From positions 1-32,831 of the forward strand of contig JAHIJO010000232.1 in NCBI GenBank assembly GCA_018898455.1: 32,831 bases of DNA. The letters run 5' to 3'. The notes beneath the pieces are model-generated. The model made no database searches. It was not told the DNA's origin and worked only from the letters and a program-made list of their open reading frames with translations. Positions 1-10,398 of this stretch are shown piece after piece. Positions within the stretch are counted from its first letter, which is position 1; each line of letters begins with the position of its first letter. A program made the position numbers and the translations under genes. The stretch is from Verrucomicrobiota bacterium. Lineage in GTDB: Bacteria > Verrucomicrobiota > Kiritimatiellia > JAAZAB01.

Positions 1-36
<36 letters not shown>

Positions 37-58
37 CGGATGCTTTAGTCAGCCGGTT

Positions 59-669
59 GTGGGCGCGGCCATGACAGGAATTGCCATTCTACTGCTGGTA
101 GCCTCCGCGTTTGTGCATGCCGGATGGAATCTGCTGGGAAAACACCGCAATCCCACTTCCGCCTTTTTCCTGTTGGCCGCTCTTTTTGGGACCCTCCTGC
201 TCACTCCTGTAATTTTATGGAACTGGACTCTGCTGGCGGCTTTTGGCAGCGCAGGATAATACTCCCGGTGTGATGAGGAAGCGTTGCGCGTGTTGCGATC
301 ACAATGGGTGATGTTGAGCAAGATACAAATTTATCTCCTGTATGGCGCCCTGGAAGCGTGGACCAGCACGATTACCCTGGCCTGGTTGTGTTTTCCATTC
401 CGGCTCAACGGGCGGAATTGAAAGAAGATTTTAGAACCGGGAAACAAGACGCTTTCTTGATGGGCATTGGCATCTAGCTAGCCTATATCCTGGTATTAAT
501 AGCCATGGGCTTTGCCGGGAACATCAGCTATGTCGTGGCGTTCCGTCTACTGGGCATTCCGCTCGCGGCGTTGTTGGGGATTTTGATATTGCGCGAGTCT
601 CGTCATCCGCCTAAATTCGTTAGGGTGGCGCTCATGTTTGTCGGCCTCATTCTCGTGGCAACCGGATGA
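59..669 (+). pseudogene. Degraded EamA/DMT-superfamily transporter, interrupted by frameshifts and stops.
   Basis: ORF 59..259 encodes a hydrophobic N-terminus (MGAAMTGIAILLLVASAFVHAGW...). A different frame at ~477..669 encodes a typical EamA C-terminal helix pair (LAYILVLIAMGFAGNISYVVAFRLLGIPLAALLGILILRESRHPPKFVRVALMFVGLILVATG*). The stretch between them (260..476) gives hydrophobic fragments broken by stops in every frame. Total length is about 200 codons against ~290-300 for intact EamA proteins. Confidence 0.5.
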
Positions 670-804
670 TGCTGAATGCCATGCCTGCTTCTGCACCATC
701 TTCAATCCGCAACCCGACTCGCCAAAGACAAGGCTTGCACACAGCAACGAGCTACCCTTATCATTCTTTAATCGCTGGTTCGGGCTGGCGTTGTTCCAGC
801 GCCA

Positions 805-857
805 TAGCCCGCATTTCCCACGCAAAGCGTGGGAAATGCGGGCTAGCAACGATTTTT
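805..857 (+). terminator. Perfect 19-bp-stem hairpin (loop AAA) followed by a T5 tract. It is a candidate rho-independent terminator or regulatory stem-loop between the transporter remnant and the glucan synthase gene.
   Basis: TAGCCCGCATTTCCCACGC-AAA-GCGTGGGAAATGCGGGCTA at 805..845 has exactly reverse-complementary arms. It is followed by GCAACGATTTTTG with the T-run at ~853..857. The T-tract lies 7 nt after the stem, which is further than in a textbook terminator. Confidence 0.45.
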
Positions 858-910
858 GAATCTATCCGCCGTTTGCGGCGCGGATAAAAACTTCAGGAGG
901 TATTGTCGCC

Positions 911-3900
911 GTGGTCGCTTTTTCCAACCTCGGATCCATCAACCGCGTGATCGAGCAATTCCGGCGCCGCTCCGGCCGCCATGGTCCCCTGGACGTGTGC
1001 GAACCGCCCTTGCGCGCCGAGCTGTTTGGTTTAGAGCAATTTGGCAACCATGGAGAGGCTCTGGCCGCCGCGCATGATCTCGATCCCAAGTCGGGCGCCG
1101 AGTGCCTGTTGCCGCGGCTTACCGAAAATGCACGTGTCATTCGCCATTCATACGACGTTGTCGCCGAGGCCGTCCACAGTGGTCAGCAGATGGCGCCGGC
1201 CGCTGAATGGCTGTTGGACAACTACTATCTCATCGCCGAACAGATTGATATCGCCCAGATGCATCTTCCCAAAGGCTATAGTCGGGCATTGCCCCGGCTA
1301 CGGACCGGTCCCTTAAAGGGATTTCCTCGAATTTACGATCTGGCCCTGGAACTGGTCTCGCACACGGACGGTTGCGTGGATGCCGATAATGTAACCCATT
1401 TCGTGAAAGCTTATCAGCGCGTGCGTCCCCTGAAACTGGGTGAGCTGTGGGCCATCCCCATCATGTTGCGTCTGACGTTGCTGGAGAATCTGCGGCGGGT
1501 GGCCTATCGCATCGCCTGGCGGCGGCAGCATCGCACCATGGCGCTTGAATGGGCCCGGCGCTTCGTTGCCGTGGTCCAGAAAGACCCACGATTGTTCGTG
1601 ACCGAACTGGCCGACTTTGTACGAGCCAATCCGCCCATGTCGCCGCCTTTTATCGCCGAACTTTATGCCAACATCGAGGGAGTTCACTCGGTTATCGGGC
1701 TGGCCGTCAATTGGATTGAACAGGAACTGTCTCAGCAAGGGCAGACGATCGAGTTGATTCAACAGGCGGAGAGCCAGGACCAGGCGGCCGACCAGGTATC
1801 CATCGGCAACACCATCACCAGTCTCAGGACCTTGAACGCCATCGACTGGCAGAAGTTCGTGGAAGCCCTCAGTGTGACTGAAGCCGCGCTGCGCCGCGAC
1901 CCGGCCGGGATCTATCCCCTGATGGACTTCCGGACCCGAGACCGTTACCGGCATGTCGTGGAAGACCTGGCCAAGAAAAGCGATCGGCCGGAAGAGGTCG
2001 TGGCGGAAACGGCAATCAAGCTGGCTATGGAGCGCCGGAATCCCACCGCCGCAGAACTTCGGGAGCTGCACGTCGGGTATTTCCTGATCGATCACGGGTT
2101 GCCCGAACTCCAGCGGGCGGCAGGGTACCGGCCGGGACTTATCCGGCGCATCAGCCGGTTTTGCTCACACCGGTCGTTCGGATTGTATCTCCTGATCTTC
2201 GGCGGGCTCACGGCTCTTCTGACCATCCCGCTATTTGCTCAGATCTACCTGCGGTTGACGACGCACTGGGGCTGGGGTGTATTGGCAGCGGGTGTTATCC
2301 TGCTGGCCGTTTCACGTTCGGCGCTTATGCTCGCCAACTGGATCATCACGCTTCTGGTTCCGCCGCGGCCTCTGCCCCGGATGGACTTTTCCAAAGGCGT
2401 TATCGAGGATCACCGCACCGCAGTGGTCATTCCCACGTTGCTCTATTCGGAGCCAAGCACGAGAAAGCTTATTGAGCATCTTGAAATCTGCTACCTGGCC
2501 AATCGCGAGACCAACCTGTTCTTTGGGCTTCTGCTGGATTTTCCGGATGCGGCGCAGGCGGAGCGTCCCCAGGAGATATCCTTCCTCGATGCAGCTGTCG
2601 CGGGAATTCGGCTGTTAAACAGGAAATACGCCGCGGCCGGCGGATCGTTATTCTTCCTATTGTATCGTCCCCGGGAATGGAATCCAGCCGAGCGGGTATG
2701 GATGGGCCATGAACGCAAGCGAGGCAAACTGGAGGCGTTTAACCGGCTGGTGTACGAAGGGGACCGCGGTCCGTTCACCGTCATCGAAGGAGACCTGGCC
2801 GTATTGCGCTCGATCAAGCATGTAATCACCCTGGACGCGGATACTCAGCTTCCGCCGCAGACCGCGGCCAAATTGGCCGGCACTATCGCTCATCCGCTCA
2901 ATCAACCGCAAATCAACCCGGCCACGGGCTGTGTGAAACAGGGCTACGGAGTGCTCCAGCCGCGGCTGGGGACCAGCCTGATCGGATCCCAGCGCTCCCG
3001 GTTTGCCCGGCTGTTCGCCGGAGAAACCGGCCTGGATCCCTATACCCGCGCGGTATCCAATGTCTACCATGATCTCTGCGGCGAAGGACCATTTGTCGGC
3101 AAGGGTATCTATGACGTGCAAGCCTTTTACGCGGCGACGGGCAAGCGATTTCCGCTTAACCGAATCCTCAGCCATGACTTGATCGAGGGCTGTTATGCCC
3201 GGTGTGGATTCGTCAACGATGTGGAATTGATCGAGGACTCCCCGCCTTCTTATCTGGCCGATTCCCGCCGCCATCACCGGTGGATCCGGGGAGACTGGCA
3301 GATTGCCCAATGGCTTCTGCCCCTGGCGCCCGGTCCGGATGGAAAGCGGGTGGTCAATCCGCTCGGGGCACTGGCAAAATGGATGATCTTCGACAACTTG
3401 CGGCGCAGCCTGGTCCCGGCCGCTCTTCTGGCAGCCTTCATCCTCGGCTGGGCGGGGATGCCGGACGAAGCGTTGCGCTGGACGGCAACCCTGCTCGCCC
3501 TCTATTTTCTGCCTAGCCTGGCGCGATTGGCGCACGCCCTTCTGGCCAAGGCCAAACAAGCCGCTTGGTCACCGCACCTCGGACGTGTCCTGGTCAATGA
3601 ATCGAGGGTATGGACGATTGAGGGCATGGAACTCATGTTCCTCCCGTTTCAAACCAGCGTGTATCTCGACGCGATTTTGCGGGTATTCTGGCGCCTGGGC
3701 ATCAGCGGACGCCGGCTTCTGGAATGGCAAACGGCGGCGGAAACGGCTCGGACCGTTTCCGACGGACTCCTGGCAACCGCGCGAACCCTATGGATTGCAC
3801 CGGCGGCGGCGCTGGGAACGGGGACTGTCCTCGTAGCCGCCGGTACGGCAGGCTGGATCCTGGCCGGACCAATTCTGGCGCTGTGGTTTGTCGCTCCGTT

Positions 3901-6900
3901 AACCGCTTGGATTTCGGGCCGGCCATTTGGTCTGCGCCCATCGCAGTTGACGATCGAGCAAGCCTTCTTTCTCCGAAACGTGGCGCGGCGAACCTGGGCC
4001 TTTTTTGATCATTTTATCGGACCGGAGAATCACTGGCTGCCGCCGGATAATTTCCAGGAAGTGCCCCATCCCCATGTCGCGTTACGCACCTCTCCGACCA
4101 ACATGGGCATGGGCCTGATCAGCACTCTGGCGGCCTATGATTTCGGATACTTGTCCGCCGGCCGCCTCATCGCTCGCACAGAACAGACATTGGCCACCAT
4201 GGAGAAATTGGAGCGCTACCGCGGACACTTCTACAACTGGTACAATACGCAGACGCTCAATCCGCTCCACCCGCTCTACGTGTCCACGGTGGACAGCGGC
4301 AATTTGGCCGGCCACTTGACCACGCTCAGCGAAGGGCTCCGGGAATTACCGGGCGCGCCGATCTTGCCACCGCACTGGCGGGAAGGATTCGAAGACACCA
4401 TCCGGATACTACTGGAAGAAATAGATCGCCTGCCGGCCAGCCGCCCGGAATCGGAAGCCGGTTTCATTGCGGACTCTGTCCGGGAGAACGTCCGCAGGCA
4501 GATGGCGTCACTGCGGCAAGCGCCCCCGTCCCTTCCGGCTTTGCACCGGGCACTGACGGACTTTATTTCCCTGCTGGCCGGATTGGCGCCGGGGATATCC
4601 TCCGACGACCAGGCTCCGCCGGAGCGCTTCGCCCAAGCGAGAGACGTGACATTCTGGCTGACAGCTTTGGGCGCGGAATGCGATGACTTCCTGAGTGAGC
4701 TCCGGTATTTGGCTCCATGGCTTGATGAAGCGCCTCCGGCGGCAGATGCGGGGTCCGGCCCGCCCACACCTGCCCGCAGTGCTATGCACAGCATTACAGG
4801 CGGGTCGCTACGCGAAGTGTTGCGGGCGGGAAAACAAGACGATGCGCTATGGGAGATATTGTCGGCCGAGATCACCCCTGGGATTACGCTGAAGGATTTA
4901 GCCACCTTGGCTCAGCGCCTGGCGCCACGGGTGGACCAAATCCGCCGGGAATATCCGGATTCGCCCCGCGTCGAAAGGTTAAGCAAGCTTCTGGCAGTGG
5001 CCAGTGAGCATGCGACAGAGCGCATCGAGGCCATCCAGGATCTCATGGCCCGGTGTGAGGAATCAGGCGAGATGGATATGGAATTCCTGTATGACCCCCT
5101 GCGGCACTTGCTGTCCCTGGGATACAGCTTGGAAACGCGCCGGAGCGACACGGGTTACTACGACCTCCTTGCATCGGAAGCGCGATTGGGCAGTTTCCTG
5201 GCTGTAGCGCGAGGTCAATTACCGCTCGATCACTGGTTCCATCTGGGCCGGCAGCTTGCCCCCGGCGGCGGATCGCCGGTGCTTGTGTCGTGGAGCGGGT
5301 CGCTGTTTGAGTATCTCATGCCCTTGCTGGTGATGCCGACTTTCGACAATACCTTACTGGATCAGGCGTGCCGGCGGGCGGTCAGGCGGCAGATTCAATA
5401 TGGCCGGCGACATCATATCCCCTGGGGATTTTCCGAGTCCTGCTACAACCAGGTGGATTCCCAAATGACCTATCAGTATCGGGCGTTTGGTGTGCCCGGT
5501 CTGGGCTTGAAACGCGGGTTGGCCGACGATCTGGTAGTGGCCCCCTATGCCAGTGTGATGGCACTGATGGTGGCCCCCCGGGAGGCCTGCCGGAACCTCC
5601 AGACCTTGATCGGCCAGGGTCTGGCAGGCCGGTTCGGAATGTATGAAGCAATCGATTACACTTCGAGCCGGCTGCAAAGCGGCGAGCGATGCGCTGTGGT
5701 TAAGACTTACATGGCACACCACAGCGGGATGAGCCTTCTGGCCCTGGACTTCGCCTTGAACGGACAGCCGATGCAACGCCGCTTCCTGTCAAACCCGCCA
5801 TTCCAGTCCGCGATCCTGTTGTTGCAGGAACGCATTCCGGTGGCCGGCATCAAGCCGCAGACCGGTAGGAATGTGGCCGAAACGCCGGATCGTAATCTTG
5901 CGGATAAAGCGACCGAGACCATTACCCGATTTTTTACAACAGCGGACACGCCCATTCCCGATGTCCACCTGCTTTCCAACGGCCGCTACCATGTTATGGT
6001 GACCAATGCCGGGGGAGGTTACAGCCGCTGGCAGAATCTGGCGCTGACCCGATGGCGGGAAGATGTGACCCGCGATAACTGGGGCACCTTCTTTTATATC
6101 AAGGATGTAGGTTCGGGCCACAGCTGGTCGACAACCTGGCAACCCCTATGCCAGGATCTGGACCGCTATGAAGGGACGTACTCCCAGGGGATGGCGGAAT
6201 TTCGTGCCGTCAAGGACCAGATCGAGGTGCATACGAAAATTTCCGTCTCGCCCGAGGACGATATTGAGTTACGGCGAATGACGGTGACCAACTTTTCTCG
6301 CAGCAATCGCATCCTGGAGCTGACCAGCTACGCCGAGGTGGTGCTGCTGGAACCCCGCGCGGAAACTGGGCATCCGGTCTATCAAGGCCTCTTTATGCAA
6401 ACCGAATTGCTGCCTCACAAGGCCGCGATTTTATGCACTCGGCGACCCCGCTCTGCCGAAGAGCATTGGCCTTGGCTCTTCCATGCGATGATTGTCCGCG
6501 GCCAGTCCGCCGGGCCGCCGCCTTCGTTTGAAACAGACCGGTCCCGGTTCATTGGCCGGGGACGGACACCGGCCTCGCCATCCGCGTTAACCAAACCCGG
6601 TTCCTTGTCCAACAGCACCGGGAACGTTCTCGATCCGGTCATCGCCGTTCGACGCCAGCTTCGACTCCACCCCGGGGAAAGTATCGTCGTAGATGCCATT
6701 CTGGGGGTTGACAAGAGCCGGGAAGGCGCTATTTCCCTGGTGGATAAATACCATGACCATCGCCTGGCCGATCGGGTGTTTGACGTGGCTTGGATCCATA
6801 ATCAGGTTCTATTGCACCAATTGCGGATTAGCGAAGCCCAGGCTCAGCATTTCGGAAGACTGGCCAGCTCAATCCTCTACGCCGATGGCCGCTATCGGGC

Positions 6901-9796
6901 CAATCCCGGCCTGATTGCCCGGAACCGCAAAGGATCGTCAGGCTTGTGGAGTTATGGCATTTCCGGCGATTTGCCCATCGTCCTGCTACGCATGAGCGAC
7001 CCGGCAAATCTCGATTTGGCCCGTGAATTGATCCATGCTTATGCTTACTGGCGCCATAAAGGGCTGCGCGTGGACCTGGTCATCTGGGCCGAAGCCTTCT
7101 CCGGTTACCGCCAAAGTCTTTTCGACGCCATCATCGGCCTGGTCCATGGCGGGCCCGAAGGACTGACCCTCGATCAATCCGGAGGGATTTTCGTGCGGAA
7201 CATTGACCAGGTTCCGGAAGATGATCGCTTGCTGATCCAATCAGTCGCCCGCCTCATTTTCGGCGACCGCTTCGGCAGCCTGAGCGTACAGCTCGAGCGA
7301 AGAATTCGATCGGAAGCGACCCTCGAAAACGCGCTGATTGACCTCGCGCCGGCCAAACTGGTTCCCGGCGAACGGGAGATTCCGAAGCGCGACCTGGTCT
7401 TCTTCAACGGGCTAGGAGGATTCACCAAAGATGGCCGGGAATACGTGATCCTCCTGTATCCGGACAAGGTAACTCCGGCCCCCTGGGTTAATGTTATAGC
7501 CAATCCCGTTTTCGGTTCGGTTATCAGCGAAACAGGGAGTGCCTACACGTGGTTCGCCAATGCTCATGAGTTCCGGCTCACACCCTGGCACAACGATCCG
7601 GTCTGTGATTCGAGCGGCGAGGCTTTCTATATCCGCGATGAAGAAACGGGGCGGTTCTGGTCGCCGACGCCGGGACCTGCCCGGGGTATCAATCCCTACG
7701 TGTGCCGGCACGGACTTGGCTACTCCGTGTTCGAGCATACCCAGGACCGTCTTTTTACGGAGATGTCTACCTACGTGGGCGTGGAAGCACCCGTCAAGTT
7801 CACTACCATCAAAGTGCGCAATCTATCCGACCGCACCCGCCGGATCAGCGTCACCGGTTACTGTGAATGGGTTCTGGGCGAACTGCGAGACCAGTGCGCC
7901 ATGCACGTGGTCACCCGGCTCGATCCGCAGACGGGCGCTATCTTTGCCCGGAATGCCTTCAACGGCGATTTTTCCGGCCACACGGCCTTCTTGCATTGCA
8001 ATGAGTCTGATCGCAGTCTGACAGGCAACCGGGCGGAATTCATCGGACGGAACGGATCCCCGGCCGCGCCCGATGGAATGCGCTACCAACACCTTTCTAA
8101 CCGGGTCGGCGCCGGGTATGACCCCTGCGCAGTCATCCAGGCCTATCTTGAAATTCCGCCCGCTCAACAACGGGAAGTGGTTTTTGTTTTGGGCGCAGCG
8201 CCGAGCGAATCGGAGGCCAGATCGCTTCTGCGGTCTTTCAGCGGAACCGATGGGGCCCGGCAGGAGCTGGAAAGGGTCTGGCAGTTCTGGAAGCACCAGC
8301 TCGGCAGTATTTATGTCGAGACGCCGGATTCGTCGGTGAACTTCCTGGCGAATCACTGGCTGTTGTACCAGGTGTTGACATCACGGTTCTGGGGGCGTAG
8401 CGGGTATTATCAATCCAGCGGGGCCTACGGATTCCGCGACCAGTTGCAGGATTCCCTTGCATTCCTGTACGGATACCCGGGGCTGACCCGCCAGCATCTG
8501 TTGATTGCGGCCGGACATCAGTTCGGCGAAGGCGACGTGCAACACTGGTGGCATTCGCCGTCCAGCCGCGGTATCCGGACGCGCATTTCAGACGACTACC
8601 TGTGGTTGCCCTATGTTACCTGCCAGTACGTTGCGGTCACCGGGGATACCGGAATCCTGGATGAGGAGATTCCCTTCCTGGATGCGAGACCCCTGGACGC
8701 GGCTGAGGAATCCAATTTCGACCGGCCGACTATCAGCGACCATCGGGCTTCGTTGTACGAGCACTGCGTTCGGGCGATCAAACATGGTCTAGCTTTCGGT
8801 GATCACGGCCTGCCGCTTATGCAGGGAGGGGACTGGAACGACGGCATGAACCGGGTCGGGCGCGAGGGAAAGGGCGAAAGTGTCTGGCTGGCTTTTTTCC
8901 TGCACGACGTGCTCACTAAATTTACTGCGCTGACCACCCAGCGCGGGGACGAGATCATGTCCCAGCTGTGCGGTGAACAGGCAACACGGCTCCAAAGTCG
9001 AATCGAGGCCGAGGCCTGGGATGGGGCCTGGTACAAACGCGCTTTCTTTGACGATGGGACGCCTCTCGGAGCGACGGAAAATCCCGAATGCCGAATTGAT
9101 TCGATTCCTCAGAGTTGGGCCGTCCTCAGCGGCGCCGCCATTCCCGAGAGAGGCGTACAGGCGATGCAATCGGTTTCCAAACACCTCGTGGACCGGAAGC
9201 TCGGCGTGATCAAACTGTTCGACCCGCCTTTCGATTCGGCGCCGTGGGATCCAGGATACATCAAGGGGTATATCCCCGGGGTTCGGGAAAACGGCGGCCA
9301 GTACACCCATGCCGCCGTCTGGACGGCCATGGCCTGGGCTACCCTCCAGCGCCCCGACGAAGCCTGGGACTGCTTCACCCTGCTCAATCCGATCCGCCAT
9401 GCCATGACGCCCGAGCAGATGGCGATCTACAAGGTGGAGCCTTACGTGGTGGCGGCCGACATTTATACGGCCAAAGGCCAGGAGGGCCGCGGTGGCTGGA
9501 CCTGGTATACCGGGGCCGCCGGGTGGATGTATCAACTCCTCGTGGAGAAGCTCCTCGGATTGAAGTTGCAAGCGGATCGGCTGACCCTGGCGCCGCTTTT
9601 TCCCGCGGATTGGCTTGAGTTTAAGATTCACTACCGTTACCGAAACACGTTCTATCACATCCAGGTTATTCGAACGGAACCCCGGGAGTTGCAGGTCCGC
9701 CGTCTGGTTGTGGACAACGTCGAACAACCCGACTTGACAATTCATCTCGTGGACGATCGCCAAGAACATGTCGTTCAAGTGGAAGTCCGGGCCTGA
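911..9796 (+). CDS. cgs: Cyclic beta-1,2-glucan synthase-like giant multidomain protein. It has an N-terminal region, a membrane-embedded GT84-type glycosyltransferase and a C-terminal GH94-type (cellobiose-phosphorylase-like) domain.
   Basis: A 2,961-aa uninterrupted ORF starts at GTG 911, with AGGAGG at 895..900 (10-nt spacer). The N-terminal AAEWLLDNYYLIAEQI motif resembles Cgs/NdvB/ChvB N-termini. A cluster of TM helices (LYLLIFGGLTALLTIPLF..., VLAAGVILLAVSRSALMLANWIITLLV) precedes a GT2-like fold (VVIPTLLY...ITLDADTQLPP). The C-terminal half carries GH94-like motifs (FGSVISETGSAYTWFANAHEFRLTPWHNDPV..., GYYQSSGAYGFRDQLQD). The size matches known 2.8-2.9 kaa cyclic glucan synthases. Confidence 0.8.
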   Translation: MVAFSNLGSINRVIEQFRRRSGRHGPLDVCEPPLRAELFGLEQFGNHGEALAAAHDLDPKSGAECLLPRLTENARVIRHSYDVVAEAVHSGQQMAPAAEWLLDNYYLIAEQIDIAQMHLPKGYSRALPRLRTGPLKGFPRIYDLALELVSHTDGCVDADNVTHFVKAYQRVRPLKLGELWAIPIMLRLTLLENLRRVAYRIAWRRQHRTMALEWARRFVAVVQKDPRLFVTELADFVRANPPMSPPFIAELYANIEGVHSVIGLAVNWIEQELSQQGQTIELIQQAESQDQAADQVSIGNTITSLRTLNAIDWQKFVEALSVTEAALRRDPAGIYPLMDFRTRDRYRHVVEDLAKKSDRPEEVVAETAIKLAMERRNPTAAELRELHVGYFLIDHGLPELQRAAGYRPGLIRRISRFCSHRSFGLYLLIFGGLTALLTIPLFAQIYLRLTTHWGWGVLAAGVILLAVSRSALMLANWIITLLVPPRPLPRMDFSKGVIEDHRTAVVIPTLLYSEPSTRKLIEHLEICYLANRETNLFFGLLLDFPDAAQAERPQEISFLDAAVAGIRLLNRKYAAAGGSLFFLLYRPREWNPAERVWMGHERKRGKLEAFNRLVYEGDRGPFTVIEGDLAVLRSIKHVITLDADTQLPPQTAAKLAGTIAHPLNQPQINPATGCVKQGYGVLQPRLGTSLIGSQRSRFARLFAGETGLDPYTRAVSNVYHDLCGEGPFVGKGIYDVQAFYAATGKRFPLNRILSHDLIEGCYARCGFVNDVELIEDSPPSYLADSRRHHRWIRGDWQIAQWLLPLAPGPDGKRVVNPLGALAKWMIFDNLRRSLVPAALLAAFILGWAGMPDEALRWTATLLALYFLPSLARLAHALLAKAKQAAWSPHLGRVLVNESRVWTIEGMELMFLPFQTSVYLDAILRVFWRLGISGRRLLEWQTAAETARTVSDGLLATARTLWIAPAAALGTGTVLVAAGTAGWILAGPILALWFVAPLTAWISGRPFGLRPSQLTIEQAFFLRNVARRTWAFFDHFIGPENHWLPPDNFQEVPHPHVALRTSPTNMGMGLISTLAAYDFGYLSAGRLIARTEQTLATMEKLERYRGHFYNWYNTQTLNPLHPLYVSTVDSGNLAGHLTTLSEGLRELPGAPILPPHWREGFEDTIRILLEEIDRLPASRPESEAGFIADSVRENVRRQMASLRQAPPSLPALHRALTDFISLLAGLAPGISSDDQAPPERFAQARDVTFWLTALGAECDDFLSELRYLAPWLDEAPPAADAGSGPPTPARSAMHSITGGSLREVLRAGKQDDALWEILSAEITPGITLKDLATLAQRLAPRVDQIRREYPDSPRVERLSKLLAVASEHATERIEAIQDLMARCEESGEMDMEFLYDPLRHLLSLGYSLETRRSDTGYYDLLASEARLGSFLAVARGQLPLDHWFHLGRQLAPGGGSPVLVSWSGSLFEYLMPLLVMPTFDNTLLDQACRRAVRRQIQYGRRHHIPWGFSESCYNQVDSQMTYQYRAFGVPGLGLKRGLADDLVVAPYASVMALMVAPREACRNLQTLIGQGLAGRFGMYEAIDYTSSRLQSGERCAVVKTYMAHHSGMSLLALDFALNGQPMQRRFLSNPPFQSAILLLQERIPVAGIKPQTGRNVAETPDRNLADKATETITRFFTTADTPIPDVHLLSNGRYHVMVTNAGGGYSRWQNLALTRWREDVTRDNWGTFFYIKDVGSGHSWSTTWQPLCQDLDRYEGTYSQGMAEFRAVKDQIEVHTKISVSPEDDIELRRMTVTNFSRSNRILELTSYAEVVLLEPRAETGHPVYQGLFMQTELLPHKAAILCTRRPRSAEEHWPWLFHAMIVRGQSAGPPPSFETDRSRFIGRGRTPASPSALTKPGSLSNSTGNVLDPVIAVRRQLRLHPGESIVVDAILGVDKSREGAISLVDKYHDHRLADRVFDVAWIHNQVLLHQLRISEAQAQHFGRLASSILYADGRYRANPGLIARNRKGSSGLWSYGISGDLPIVLLRMSDPANLDLARELIHAYAYWRHKGLRVDLVIWAEAFSGYRQSLFDAIIGLVHGGPEGLTLDQSGGIFVRNIDQVPEDDRLLIQSVARLIFGDRFGSLSVQLERRIRSEATLENALIDLAPAKLVPGEREIPKRDLVFFNGLGGFTKDGREYVILLYPDKVTPAPWVNVIANPVFGSVISETGSAYTWFANAHEFRLTPWHNDPVCDSSGEAFYIRDEETGRFWSPTPGPARGINPYVCRHGLGYSVFEHTQDRLFTEMSTYVGVEAPVKFTTIKVRNLSDRTRRISVTGYCEWVLGELRDQCAMHVVTRLDPQTGAIFARNAFNGDFSGHTAFLHCNESDRSLTGNRAEFIGRNGSPAAPDGMRYQHLSNRVGAGYDPCAVIQAYLEIPPAQQREVVFVLGAAPSESEARSLLRSFSGTDGARQELERVWQFWKHQLGSIYVETPDSSVNFLANHWLLYQVLTSRFWGRSGYYQSSGAYGFRDQLQDSLAFLYGYPGLTRQHLLIAAGHQFGEGDVQHWWHSPSSRGIRTRISDDYLWLPYVTCQYVAVTGDTGILDEEIPFLDARPLDAAEESNFDRPTISDHRASLYEHCVRAIKHGLAFGDHGLPLMQGGDWNDGMNRVGREGKGESVWLAFFLHDVLTKFTALTTQRGDEIMSQLCGEQATRLQSRIEAEAWDGAWYKRAFFDDGTPLGATENPECRIDSIPQSWAVLSGAAIPERGVQAMQSVSKHLVDRKLGVIKLFDPPFDSAPWDPGYIKGYIPGVRENGGQYTHAAVWTAMAWATLQRPDEAWDCFTLLNPIRHAMTPEQMAIYKVEPYVVAADIYTAKGQEGRGGWTWYTGAAGWMYQLLVEKLLGLKLQADRLTLAPLFPADWLEFKIHYRYRNTFYHIQVIRTEPRELQVRRLVVDNVEQPDLTIHLVDDRQEHVVQVEVRA

Positions 9797-9825
9797 AGCG
9801 GCAGGACATCGGGACAATTCCCGGT

Positions 9826-10398
9826 ATGGATATGCAATCAAAACTGATCCTGGCCTCGGCTTCGGCGCGGCGCCGGAAAATTCTGACCGCGCTGGGCGTG
9901 GCATTCGACGTGGTGATTCCGGAAGTCGAGGAAGTGCAGTATGCGCTCGACGCCCGGCGCACGGCGCATGAAAATGCGGCCCGCAAGAGCGCTTGGTGTC
10001 GGGCGCGCCATCCCCAACGCTACTCCCTGGCCGCGGATACACTCATCGAGTTCGAGGGGCGGTGCATCAACAAACCCCAAACACCGGAAGCAGCTCTCGC
10101 CATATTGCAAATGTTCTCCGGTAAAACACACCGGGTGTACACGGCAGTCGCCATGGCGCATCCGCGGGCCGATCCGGAGTTGGTACTGGCAGAGTCCGTG
10201 GTCCGGTTCCGCTCTTTGAACGAAGATGAAATCCGCGCCTACGTTGCCCGCGTGAACCCCATAGACCGGGCCGGGGCCTACGATATTGACGCGTTGGGCG
10301 ACACGCTCATGGAATCCTACACCGGTTCGCGCACCAACATCATGGGGCTTCCCGAAGAACCGGTGGCCGGGTGGCTGAAGCGGGAGGGACTGCTGTGA
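9826..10398 (+). CDS. maf: Maf-like nucleoside triphosphate pyrophosphatase / septum formation protein.
   Basis: The 190-aa ORF carries the Maf signature LILASASARRRKIL near its N-terminus. Its stop TGA overlaps the GTG start of the next gene. Confidence 0.8.
   Translation: MDMQSKLILASASARRRKILTALGVAFDVVIPEVEEVQYALDARRTAHENAARKSAWCRARHPQRYSLAADTLIEFEGRCINKPQTPEAALAILQMFSGKTHRVYTAVAMAHPRADPELVLAESVVRFRSLNEDEIRAYVARVNPIDRAGAYDIDALGDTLMESYTGSRTNIMGLPEEPVAGWLKREGLL

Noticed and set aside
1313-10042. Large antisense or out-of-frame ORFs inside the glucan synthase gene (for example 1313..2095-, 2657..3559-, 4276..4905-, 7823..8356-, 8789..10042-).
   Set aside because: These are shadow ORFs expected in high-GC coding DNA. 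They lie entirely within or overlapping a strongly supported 2,961-aa gene and have no recognisable motifs.
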